Origin: Squalus acanthias
Taxonomy: Eukaryota
Direction of reading: 5' to 3'
Assembly (NCBI GenBank): GCA_030390025.1
Contig: CM059438.1
Coordinates: forward strand, 54,624,001-54,688,000
Length of the DNA: 64,000 nucleotides
Under the pieces are notes generated by a model that searched no databases, was not told the origin of the DNA, and was given only the letters and a program-made list of their open reading frames with translations. The position numbers were made by a program, and so were the translations under genes. Every line of letters starts with the position of its first letter. Position 1 is the first letter of the stretch. Of the stretch, positions 50,149 to 62,177 are shown piece by piece.

Positions 50149-50973
50149 TGTATTTACAAAGCCAAGTATCCCATACACTTTCTTAACCGCCTTAGCAACT
50201 TGCCCTGCCACCCTCAAAGATTTGTGAATTTGTACCCCCAGGTCAATCTGTTTTTGCTCCCCCTTAAAATAGTACCTTTTAGACTATACTGCCTCTTCAT
50301 GTTGTTTCTCCCAAAGTGCATCACTTCACACTTATCCGCATTAAATTGTATCTGCCATGTGTCTGCCCATTTCATCAGTCTGTCTATGTCCTCCTGAAGT
50401 CTGCTACTATTCCTCTCACTATTTACTATATTGCCAAGTTTTGTATCATCCGCAAACTTCGATATTGTACTCCCTATACCCAAGTCCAGGTCATTTGTGT
50501 ACAAGAAAAACAATGGTCCCAATACCGACCCCTGGGGGACCCCACTGCATACTTCTCTCCAGTCAGGAAAACTGTTCACCACTACTCTCTGCCTCATATC
50601 CCTTACATCCAAGTTACCCTGTCCTATTAATACCATGTGCTTCTATTTTCCGAATAAATCTGTTATGTGGTACTTTATCAAATGTCTTTTGAAAGTTCAT
50701 TTATACAACATCTATTGCACTACCTTCATCAACCTTCTCTGTTACTTCATTAATTAACTCAATCAGGCTAGTCAGTCATAATTTGCCTTTAACAAATCCG
50801 TGTTGGCTGCCCCATGCTTCTCCAAGTGAGAATTAATTTTGTCCTTAACAATGGTCTCTAGTAGTTTTCCCCACCACTGATGTTAGACTGATTGGCCTGC
50901 AGTTACCAAGTTTATCCCTCTGCCATTTTTTGAACAAAAGTGTAACATTTGCAACCCTGCAGTCAGAGAGTGG

Positions 50974-51185
50974 ACAAAATTGAGAGGTCGCACAACACCA
51001 GGTTATAGTCCAACAGTTTTATTTGAAATCACAAGCTTTCGGAGCTATCGATTGCTCCTTCCTCAGGTGAAGGAGCAATCGATAGCTCCGAAAGCTTGTG
51101 ATTTCAAATAAAACTGTTGGACTATAACCTGGTGTTGTGCGACCTCTCAATTTTGTCCACCCCAGTCCAACACCGGCATCTCCGC
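50974..51185. mobile_element. Penelope-derived hairpin mini-element
   Basis: ~90-bp inverted arms. TSD GTCAGAGAGTGG (50962-50973, 51186-51197). Confidence 0.92.
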
Positions 51186-51964
51186 GTCAGAGAGTGGCCA
51201 GAGCCTCTGCTATTTTCACCCTTATTTCCCTCAGCAACCTAGGATGCATCACATCTGGACCGGGTGACTTTTCTGCTTTGAGCGTTATCAACCTTTTAAG
51301 TACCTTCTCTATTTATTTTTATCCTATCCAATTTCTCTAACCCCCTCCTCCTGACATTGGCAGCATCCTACCCATTTAATACCTCAGCCATGCCCTCTGC
51401 CTCCACAAGAAGATTTCCTTCAGCCTCATCCTTCCTTTGACTATACTTTTACTCTTTATATGTTTCTAAAAGACTTGTGTTCCCTTTTATGTTACTCGCT
51501 AATCTTTTCTCATACACTCTCTTTTATCCCTCTATTTCCTTTTTCAGTTCTCTGCGCTTTCTGTATTCTGCTTGATTCTCTACAATATTATGAACCTGAA
51601 ATTTATCATAAGCCTCCTTTTTCATTTTCATTTTAATCTCTATATCTTTAGTCATCCAGAGAGATCTACTTTTGGATGCCTTTCCTTTCCCCTCAGGAAT
51701 GTGTTTAGTCTGTACCCGAACTATCTCCTCCTTGAGAGGCTCCTGTTGCTCACTTACTGTTTTACCTGCCAATCTTTGTTTCCAATCCATCTGGATCAGA
51801 TCCCCTTTCAAATCACTGAAATTAGCCCTCCTCCAGTCGAAATCTTAAAACAGTTGCATTCCTTACAATATCATTATCAAAAACTCAATGATGAGTCTGT
51901 AGAAAAAAAGCACAAAAACATAGGGAGCAATGCACCAGCCAGTGTGGCTTATTATTGTTACAAC

Positions 51965-52282
51965 TGAGTGGTTTGCTAGGCCATTTCAGAGGGGAGTTAA
52001 GAGTCAACCACATTGCTGTGGATCTGGCGTCGCATATAGGCCAGACCAGGTAAGGACAGCAGACTTCCTTCCCTAAAGGACATTAGTGAACCAGATGGGT
52101 TTTTACAACAATCCAATAGTTTCATGGTCACCATTACTGATACTAGCTTTTTATTTCAGATTTATTTAATTAACTGAATTTAAATTCCCCAGCTGCCATG
52201 GTGGGAATTGAACTCACATCTCTGGATCATTAGTCCAGGCCTCTGGATTACTAGCCCAGTAACATCATCACAATGCTACCGT
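51965..52282 (-). mobile_element. tRNA-headed SINE (third family)
   Basis: Minus strand head GGTAGCATTGTG..GAGTTCAATTCC (A/B-box-like) followed by a body I recognise as a common shark repeat. Confidence 0.65.
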
Positions 52283-52434
52283 AACCGTTTTTGTTTGCAG
52301 TGTTGTGATGTACTTTGGGCCTTTATGTGTTGTGTCCTACCTTTCATTCCTTGCCACCCTTTTGAAGTCATGACTTCCTATAATCCCTTGTATAGGAATG
52401 GAATTTTTAACACTTTGGTGATTTTCTAAGATCT

Positions 52435-53219
52435 TACGGTTGTTTTTCAGACTGGAGGAAGGTATACAGTGGTGTTCCCCAGGGGTCGGTACTAGGACCA
52501 CTGCTTTTCTTGATATATATTAATGACTTGGACTTGGGTGTACAGAGCACAATTTCAAAATTTGCAGATGACACAAAACTTGGAGGTATAGTGAACAGGG
52601 AGGATAGCGATAGACTTCAGGTCAGACAGACAGGCTGGTGAAATGGGTGGACACGTGGCAGATGAAATTTAACACAGAAAAGTGCTAAGTGATACATTTT
52701 GGTAGGAAGAACGAGGAGAGGCAATATAAACTCATGGGTACAATCCTAAAGGGGGTGCATGAACAGAGAGACCTAGGGGTATATGTACACAAACCATTGA
52801 AGGTGGCATGGCAGGTTGAGAAAGCGGTTAAAAAAACATACAGGATCCTGGGCTTCATGAATAGAGGTATAGAGTACAAAAGCAAGGAAGTTATGATGAA
52901 CCTTTATAAAACACTGGTTCAGCCTCTGGGCACCACATTTTAGGAAGGATGTGTAGGCCTTAGAGGGTGCAGAAAAGATTTACAAGAATGATTCTAGGGA
53001 TGAGGGACTTCAGTTACGTGGATAGACCGGAGAAGGTGGGTTTGTTCTCCATGGAGCAGAGAAGGTTGAAAGGAGATTTGATAGAGGTGTTCAAAATCAT
53101 GAGGGGTCTGGACAGAGTAGATAGAGAAAAACTGTTCCCATTGGCAGAAGGGTCGAGAAGCAGAGGACACACATTCAAGGTGATTGGCAAAAGAACCAAA
53201 GGTGACATAAGAAAAAAAA
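52435..53219 (+). mobile_element. CR1 RT/C-terminal fragment
   Basis: [16 protein letters not shown] and GDLIEVFKIM motifs. Confidence 0.9.
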
Positions 53220-53765
53220 ACGGTTCCACCACAGACCCAATTCACGTACGGACCGAGGTCAAGCAAGGCTGTGTCATCGCACCAACGCTCTTCTCGATCT
53301 TCCTTGCTACAATGCTCCATCTCACCCTCAGTAAGCTCACCACTGGAGTGGAGCTAATTTACAGAACAAATGGGAAACTGTTCAACCTCTGTCGCCTCCA
53401 GTCCAGATCCAAGGTCGTCCCATCCTCTGTCGTCAAATTACAGTATGCAGACGACGCTTGCGTCTGTGCTCACTCGGAGGTCGAACTCCAAACCATCATC
53501 AACACCTTCACCGAAGCGTATGAGAGCTAGGGCCTCACACTAAACATCCGTAAGACAAAGGTCCTCTACCAACCTGCCCCCGCCACACAGTACTGCCCCC
53601 TGATTATCAAAATCCACGACAAGGCCTTGGACAACATGGACCACTTTCCATACCTCGGGAGCCTACTGTCAACAAGGGCAGACGTCGATGACTAAGTCCA
53701 ACACCGCCTTCAGTGTGCCAGTGCAGCCTTCGGTCGCCTGAGAAAGAGAGTGTTTGAAGACCAGG
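53220..53765 (+). mobile_element. RTE-clade LINE RT fragment
   Basis: VKQGCVIAPTLFSIF, YRTNGKLFNL.RL, LQYADD and FPYLGS motifs typical of RTE RT. One in-frame stop. Confidence 0.85.
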
Positions 53766-54458
53766 CGAAGCTCATGTAATGTCAGTCAGCAATGGAACAC
53801 ACACACAATGCCATGGGCCAGTTCTTAAAGGGGATGGTTAATCTTGCTTTCCATCCACATCCTGCTCATTGCAGCCTTGAATCTCGGCCTGGAGAGACCT
53901 GCACATCAAATCTGCTGGAAAGAACAATGGAGAGTACCAGGCAAAGAGCTCAGAGTGCAGCCCCCACAGTCTCTTCTAAATCGATACAAGGAATGGCAAA
54001 TCAAAATGAACCTGCAAAGTGCTGCTCAGTGCCCAAAACTCCTTCACACAACGTTGAATCTCTCCAGAAGTCTCTCCCTCTCTCTCTCAGAATGCGTAGT
54101 TCAAAAATGGCACCAACAATAAAAGGCAGGAAGCGGTCACCTTTAAATAGCGCTCCCCCTTTCCCTTCATGACTGCAGAACGCTCCCCTCAACCTGTCGT
54201 TGCTAGCGTCAGGCGGTAAGGCAGGGGGCGCCACTCAATATCCGCTCCGGGGCGATACCGAGGCGTTGCGCACTCGACTGACGTCACGATCTGCCGGTGC
54301 AGGAGATCGTGGCGGTAGTGTTTAGCGCCGCCGCAAAATGTCTAGTTAATTTCGCGAGCGGCGCAAACTTCGCCGCGCCTGGGCGCCAGATGCTTTGCGC
54401 CCCATTAGCACCCTCTTAAGGCGTTAACAGGAGGCGCAACCAACTGAATTTTTCCCCC
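53766..54458. mobile_element. partial GC-rich Harbinger-type MITE
   Basis: Inverted homology to 1-450. Right end resembles 28640-28790 and ends GAATTTTTCCCCC. Confidence 0.75.
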
Positions 54459-54459
54459 A

Positions 54460-55718
54460 GGATGTCTTACTACAGTTATACAGTGCCTTGGTGAGACCAC
54501 ACCTGGAGTACTGTGTGCAGTTTTGGTCTCCTTACCTAAGAAAGGATATACCTGCCAGGGAGTGCAGCGAAGGTTCACCAGACTGATTCCCGAGATGGCA
54601 GGACTGTCGTATGAGGAGAGATTGGGTCAACTAGGCCTGTATTCACTAGAGTTTAGAAGAATGAGAGGGGATCTCATTTAAACGTATAAAATTCTGACAG
54701 GGCTAGACAGACTGGATGCAGGGAGGATGTTTCTCCTGGCTGGGGGCTCTAGAATGAGGGGTCACAGTCTCAGTATACGGGGTAGGACATTTAGGACTGA
54801 GATGAGGAGAAATTTCTTCACTCAGAGGGTGGTGAACCTGTGGAATTCTCTACTACAGAAGGCTGTGGAGGCCAAGTCACTGAATATATTTAAGAAGGAG
54901 ATAGATTTCTAGACTCAAAAGGCATCAAGGGGTATGGGGAGAGAGCGGGAATATGGTATTGAGATAGAGGATCAGCCATGATCATATTGAACGGCGAAGC
55001 AGGCTCGAAGGGTGTTGTGGAGTATTTTAAACCAACACTCGACACAAGGTTTTAGATTGATAATCAAGTCGTCTTTATTACACCGGTGGGGAGACAGCCT
55101 ACTCTGTCTTAGCCAGACTTCTCCAAATTGTTACAGCAAACACTACATTTTTATACATTACAATACACATGTCCAGCTCATGGAAAATTCATTCCTGCCA
55201 CCTGATTAGACCTTGGCCCGCATGCATCTTCACTGATTGGTTGCCTATGCCGCGTTACATTAAAGTACCGCCTTTATTATCGGAAAAGCATATGTCCGTT
55301 ATCACTGCAAGCTGTTGTTGCACCTATGACCTTTGTTTATGCCAGATGGGGTCTCACCAACATTGTACTTCTGACTCATTGTCCTGCTTTCCTGCCTCTC
55401 TAGGCCTCTTTACTTCCAACTTATTGTTTTACTTTCCTGCCAGAACAGAACTTACATCCTCTAGGCCTCTTATGGTTCCACATCCGACTATTTGCAATTG
55501 TCTCTAAGTGACACAGTATGCAGTCGTTAATCATTCTAACACTACTGCTTAGGTTATCTCAACTGCCAGTTCAGCAATTTAGAAAAAGCTTACTACTACA
55601 AAGACCTATTAGATTATTGTCTTTATTACACCATTCAGTGAAACTGCCAGCGATGTCAGTTTAACTCTTTCCCCACTGCAAAGGGCCAAATGGCCTACTC
55701 CTGCTCCTATTTTTCTAT
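54460..55718 (+). mobile_element. CR1 3' fragment with an LTR inserted in its 3'UTR
   Basis: [19 protein letters not shown] coding. The UTR GCAGGCTCGAAGGG|CCAAATGGCCTACTCC is split by the LTR. Confidence 0.9.
55013..55680 (-). mobile_element. solo LTR (668 bp)
   Basis: TG...CA termini and 5-bp TSD AAGGG (55008-55012, 55681-55685). Minus-strand CCAAT (55236-55240), TATAAAA (55149-55155) and AATAAA (55074-55079) in U3-R order. Confidence 0.88.
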
Positions 55719-55739
55719 GGGCAAGAAACATAGAAAAAA

Positions 55740-57715
55740 ACAATCACTTAACTGGTCTATATCCCTTTGCAGCCTCTTTGCGTCCTTCTCACAGCTTACT
55801 TTGCTACCTAGCTTTGTATTGGCAGCAAACCTGGATACATTACACTCGGTCCCTTCATCTAAGTCATGGTTATAGATTACAAATAGCTGAGGCCCAAGCA
55901 CGGATCCTTGCGGCACTTCACCAGTTACACCTTGCCGACCCGAAAATTACCCGTTTATTTCTACTCTCTGTTTTCTTTCCGTTAACCAATCCTCAATCCA
56001 TGCTAATATATTACCCCAATCCCATGAGCCCTAATCTTGTGTAACAACCTCTTGTGTGGCACTTTATTGAATGCCTTCTGAAAATCCAAATACACTACAT
56101 CCACTGGTCCCCCCTTATCTACCCTGTTAGTTACACCCTCAAAAAACTCTAATAGATTTCTCAAACATGATTTCCCTTTCATAAATCCGTGTTGACTCTG
56201 CCTAATCATATCGTGATTTTACAAGTGCCTTGTTACCACGTCGTTAATAATAGATTCTTGCATTTTCCCTACTACTGATGTCAGGCTAACTGGCCAATAG
56301 TTCACTGTTTTCTCTCCCTCCTTTCTTGAACAGTGGGGTTACATTTGTTACCTTCCAATCTAGAATCTAGGAAATTATGGAAGATCAAAACCAGTGCATC
56401 CACTATCTCTGCAGCCACCTCTTTTAAAACCCTAGGATGTAGGTCATCAGGTCCAGGGGATTTGTCGGCTTTAGTACCATTAATTTCTCCAGTACTTTTT
56501 CTTTCCTAATATTAATTTCTTTAAGTTCCTCACTCTCATTGGACCCTTGGTTCCCCACAATTTCCGGTATGTTCTTTGTGTCTTCCACTGTAAAGACAAA
56601 TACAAAATATTTGTTTAACTTCTTTGCCATTTCTCTGTTCCCCATTCTAATTTCTCCTGTCTCTGCATCTAAGGGACCTATGTTTACTTTCGCTAATCTC
56701 TCTTCCTTTTTACATATTTGTAAAAGTTCTTGCAATCTGTTTTTATATTTCTTGCTAGTTTACTCTCTTTCTATTTTCTCCCTCTTTATCAATTTTTTGG
56801 TCATCTTTTTTCTGACTTTTACAAATCTCCCAATCCTCAGGCTTACTACTCTTTTTGACAACATTGTAAGCCTCTTTTTTAAAATCTAATACTAACCTTA
56901 ACTACTCTAATGAGAAGTCGCACAACACCAGGTTATAGTCCAACAGTTTTATTTGAAATTACGAGCTTTCGGAGCTCTGCTAAGAAGGAGCAGAGCTCCG
57001 AAAGCTTGTAATTTCAAATAAAACTGTTGGACTATAACCTGGTGTTGTGCGACTTCTCATTTTTGTCCACCCCAGTCCAACACCGGCATCTCCGCATCAT
57101 GATTAACTACTCTAGTTAGCCATGACTGTACCACTTTTCCAGTGGAGTTTTTATTCCTCAAATTCATTGAGAATTATGAATTATTTCTTTAAATGTTTAC
57201 CATTGCTTATCTACCGTCATATCTTTTAATCTAAGTTTCCAATCAACCTTGGCCAGCTCACCCCTCATACCTCCGCAATTGGCTTTGTTTAAAGTTAAGA
57301 CCCTAGTTTCGGAATTGACCACATCATTCTCACCACATGAAATTCTATCATATTATGATCACTTTTCCCTAGAGGATCCTTTATTATAAGATTACTGATT
57401 AACCCTGTCTCATTACACAATACTAGATCTAAAATAGCCTGTTCCCTAGTTGATTCCTCGGCATATTGTTCTAGAAAACTGTCTCGAATGCATTCCATGA
57501 ATTTGTCCTGCAAGTTACTTTTGCCAATTTGGTTTGCCCAGTCTATATTAAGGTTAAAGCCCCTCACAATTATTGCATTACCCTTGTTACATGCTCCTCT
57601 AATTTCCTGATTTATACCCCGTCCAACACTATGATTACTGTTCAGGGCCTGTAAACTACTCCCACCAGTGTTTTCTGCCCATCGTTATTTCTGAGCTCCA
57701 CCCATACTAATTGTT
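55740..57715 (-). mobile_element. CR1 internal fragment (EN-RT), decayed
   Basis: KSDHN, QSQHGFMKGKSCL and PQGSVLGP motifs. Confidence 0.9.
56910..57102. mobile_element. Penelope-derived hairpin mini-element
   Basis: ~70-bp inverted arms. TSD TTAACTACTCTA (56898-56909, 57103-57114). Confidence 0.9.
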
Positions 57716-58825
57716 CTAATTTTGCTTTTTTTTTGCAAACTTGCATTCTCTGGTGCATTTGCTGGATTAGAAACACTGTTGAAATCCTGTATTGTTAACA
57801 CTGACAGGAGATTCTAATAAGATGTAAGCTGTAGTCTTCACTTGACCACCAGATTTCACTCATGTCCCGAAAGGCACTTTTACATTGAAGAAGACATGTT
57901 GGCAGCAGGCTCATGGTACTCCCAGCATCAGCAGCACTCGTAACATAAAGACACTTTTTTACATTTTCATAATGGGTCCCGAGGAAATGCCACTCAAGTG
58001 GAGGCCCTTGACCTCCATGTGTTGGTTTCCTCTATTTACCTTTCTCCTGCAACCGCTCCAAATCCTTAGAAAGCAAACAATAATCTCACTCGCACATGCT
58101 GGGTTGTAAATAAAGTTATAGTTGCACTGAAGTTGTAGTCATTTTTGGCAAGGTGGAAAGGGGTGGCATGAATAGGACCTGTGTGAGGTGATGCACACAG
58201 AAAAGGGTCTGTAAATATTGGCATATTTGTGATGGGTTGCGAGTGCTGTTGGGGAGGGTTTAAACTAATTTGACAGGGGAATGGGCACCAGGATGTTGCA
58301 TAAGAAACGAGCAACAAAGTACTCAAAGGATTGAGAGAGACAGATAGCACTAGAATAAGAAATAGTAAGGTATTAGGTTGGGTCAGACTAAGAGAGAATA
58401 CAAGAAGGTCTAAGATGGGTTTACAGTGCATGTGTGTAAACGCACAAAGCGTTGGTGAGCTGCAGGCCCAAATAGCCACATAGGAATATGATGTCATTGC
58501 GATAACGGAGACCTGGCTCAAAAAAGGGCAGGATTGGGGACTAAATATTCCTGGATATAAGAGGCGCGTTGGAGGCGGGTTTCGGTTTGGGTGGGTTCCA
58601 AACCCGCCTCCACTGAGAGGTGGGAAAAGTTTGCGATTTTCCCCTAATTGGCCAGTTGATTTCAGAGGTGTGGGTTCCCCTGGGCCAATTAGTGTTTTGG
58701 GACTGAAACTCACCTCTGCTGATGTCACTTATCCAGCTTCATTTAAGGGCTGCTTGCTGCCTTGGCTCATTCCACTGGTTTTTGGTCGATGCTGCACCAC
58801 CTCCAAGCTGTTATCTGCTTCAACA

Positions 58826-60702
58826 ATGGCCAACTCCAAGGTAAGGGCCTCCCCAAGGTTCTCGGATGAGGCGCTGGGTATGCTGGTTGAGGGGGCGAGA
58901 GCCAGCAGGGAGGTGCTCTTCCCCTCATCTGGGAGGAAGAGGCCTCCCAAAGAAACCAAGGCTGTGTGGGTATAGCTGGCAAGGGATATCACCTCCAGAT
59001 CAGTGTGCAGCAGAACATGGATGCAGTGCCGTAAAAGGTTCAATGACCTTGTAAGATCAGGCAAAGTGAGTATACCTTCAGCTTGACCCTCCTTCTGCTC
59101 CCCTTCTCCTCTCATCACCAGCACTCTGCATCAACCTCCTCCTACACATCCCACTTTACCCTTACAACCCTTGCACCCTTCACCATCCCTCTCACTCTAT
59201 GAACCCAATCACTTCACTATTCGACTATGTTGCCCTCACACTCCCTTTCAATGTTATGCAATGACAACGACTAACAACGCACAGGGAGGGCCCTTGGCCA
59301 TGGAACCTCACTCCATCTTTGTCTCCTTCTAAGCATCTATGCTCTGGACTCTCTACACTCACTCCATCATTCTCACTCCAACTCCACTTGCCTCCCTCAC
59401 TGCAGGAAAAGAGAGCCCACAATAGAAGGGAAAGGGCGAAGACAGGAGGAGGGCCACCTTCCCTAGCCATTCTCACCCAGGCTGAAGAGGTGGCCCTGGA
59501 CATCGCCGGCGTGGAGGTGGAAGTGGCGGACGGACAGATGGGCGAGGCAGAGCAAGCTGGTGACAGAATAGTTTTGCCTCTCTCTCATTTACACTGCTTG
59601 AATGACTGAAATGACTGCTGGTGTACATTATTAGAATGCCACTTGAGCATCTGCACTATTGCATGTGCATGCCAGACTTCTGTCAAATGTCTAACCCATG
59701 CCTTTACTCCCCCACAGGACCATCCACAGAGCCCCACCCCACTGTCGACGAGCAAGAGGCTGAGCAGCAAGACTCCTCAGGGGAACCTGCAACCTCTGAG
59801 GACGCAGCGTCGGCAGATGTAAGCGCACCCAGCACCAGCGCAGATATGCACTCCTTGGTAGGATCTTCGGGACATAGATTAGTGTCGTCACCGTGTGTAT
59901 CACATCTCACAGGTGAGCATCAGCAGGTGGTGGAGACAGGGACAGCAGTGGAGAATCCTAGGCGGAGGGTGTAGTACTCTCCTAGCTCTGCTCCACTGCA
60001 TGTGGACCCTGTGCCTCTGGGTCCATCCAGAAGGAGATTGATGCTGGAACTCCAGGAGCAGGTGCAGGAGTCTCTGACAGGTCTTGTCTCCAGGGTCACT
60101 GCGAGTATGGAGAGGATGGAGGAGTCCAACTCTAACCTGAGCAGTACCGTTGGGGAGGCAATGGCGCATATACGCAGCACCACAGAAAGGATGGCAACCT
60201 ACGGCCATGGAGGAAATAAGTCGTCAGAGTCAGGAAAACATGGTGCTTGTTCAGAATAGACTGACATCTCTGGAGGAGCGATGGGCAGCTATTGAACAGA
60301 GAAACCAGAGCTTCATGGAAGTCCTTTTGAGTAGGACTGCCAGTGCAGATATGGGTCCCCATGGCCCCCCTGATGTGCAGCAAGGTGCTCTCAATCCACT
60401 TGCAAGCGCTGAGGTGGACCTGACCCATGAGAGGGAAGTTGGTGGCAGACAACAAGGAAGTGGGGGCTCCTCTCCAAGCGCTCACACTTCCATGCCTCTG
60501 CGTAGCCCTCGGTCAGAGCCCCACCAGTGTCCGCACCCAACTGAGATGGGCGTCTCAGGATGAGCAGACGTTTGGTGAGCCCCCAGAGGAAGCCCGCCAA
60601 AGATGTCGAAGCAGGAGCAGCATGAGAGTGAGCAAGGGGCCTCCACTTCTGCTGAAGCCACAGGGGGAGCACCACATAGGAGCACGCGTAAGAGAAAAAT
60701 AA
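58826..60702 (+). pseudogene. Harbinger Myb/SANT-like DNA-binding protein gene (3 predicted exons)
   Basis: MANSKVRASPRFSDEALGML..W(stop)..RTWMQCRKRFNDL|GT at 59066. AG|EKRAHNRRERAKTGGGPP at 59406. Third exon from ~59718. Has a premature TAG (58973) and frameshifts. Confidence 0.8.
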
Positions 60703-60959
60703 AGCACCATTAGTCACAGGGGTAGCCACTTGGGTGATTGTTTATGTTTATTGACGAAATGCCATCCCTGTTTGAAAGTATAAAAATGATTTGATGGCAA
60801 ACTGTTATTTCGCCTTAGGCAGCTCCACACTGCGGGCTCCGCGGCATTTGCATGGTCAGGTTGGTGGCCAGAGTGAAAGGAGGCCAGAGAGTCATGTCCA
60901 TTGTCTATCATGTGTTAAGATGGAGCCAAGGACATGTGCCAAAATGGGCAACCTATGCA

Positions 60960-62177
60960 AATCTGGCCAGGATGAGTGCATTCCTTGCATCACGGGCAGC
61001 CATGTGCTCGCGTGCTGCCGCTGCAGCTGGTCAATATGCCGCCATCGGTCCTCCTCCTGCTCCTCCTCCTCATCTTCATCTGAGGAGGCTGTGAACTGAG
61101 CCATTTGCTCATCAGGAAGCTGCAAGCCATGACGCTGTGCCATATTGTGCAGTGCACAGCAGACCACGACCATTCTGGAGAATGTGCCGCTGAATACTGC
61201 AGGGCTCCACCTGATCTGTCAAGGCATCGGAAGCACATCTTCAGCAAGCCAATGATTTGCTTGATGATGGACCTGGTCGAAGTATGGCTGGCATTGTAGC
61301 GCTCTTCAGCCTCGTTAGCTGGCCTCCTGATCGGCCTCATTAGCCACTTCTTCAGGAGGTAGCCCTTGTCACCAAGGAGCCATCCGTTAAGTTGGTTTGA
61401 TGGATTGAAGAACGGAGGAACTCTAGAGTTCTGCAGGATGAGAGAGTCATGGCAACTACCACAGAATTTGGCACAAACATGCAAAATCTCCTTCTTGTGG
61501 TTACACACCAGCTGTATGTTGAGGGAGTGGAAGCCCTTGTGGTTGACAAAGATAGCTGGGTTCTGATGGGGTGCCCTAAGGGCCACGTGTGCAGTCTTTG
61601 ATGCCCTGCACCATTGGCAAGCCTGCCATATTTGCAAAGCCAACTGAATGCGCGGTTACACTTGCTTGATCCCTTGAGAAGTGGATGTAATTGTGGGCCT
61701 TTGCAAAAAGGGCATCGGTAACCTGCGCGATGCAACTGTGGGCGGCCGACTGGGAGATGTCGCTGATGTCTGCTGAGGATCCCTGGAAGGAGCCTGAGGC
61801 AAAAAAGTTGAGTGCGGTGGTGACTTTGACTGCCACTGGTAAGGGGTGTCCACCCGCTCCTCTGGGCTCCAGGTGTTGGTGTAGCAGTGCACAGATGTCT
61901 CCGACAACCTCTCGCGAAAGTCTCAGCCTCCTTTGGCACTACTGCTCAGTCATGTTGAGGTAGCTCATCCTCTGTCTGTAAACCCTGAGAGGGGGTATTT
62001 CCTGCGGTGACGTGCTTCCATGCACTGGCGCCTTCTGCCCTGTGCAGCATCAGGTGGGTGAGCAGGAGGTTGGGGCTCCTGCTGCTGTTGCTGCTGAGCT
62101 GCCTGGTTCTGCTGCTGCCGTGGCTGCTGCTCATCCGAATCTGAGCTCCATGGTGAAAGGAAATAAATGGTTCCCAT
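60960..62177 (-). pseudogene. Harbinger (HARBI1-like) DDE transposase, frameshifted
   Basis: [62 protein letters not shown] and CCALHN spread over several frames. Confidence 0.9.

Larger units (their letters stand above)
48697..51840 (-). mobile_element. decayed CR1 with two stacked 3'UTRs and two Penelope insertions
   Basis: RT motifs in 49116-49325 and 50214-50636. Tails at 48697-48840 and 48845-48960. Confidence 0.9.

Noticed and set aside
58040..58064. Possible 25-nt minus-strand micro-exon (AG..GTAAAT)
   Set aside because: Not frame-preserving, no recognisable homology, and such splice-like pairs arise by chance.
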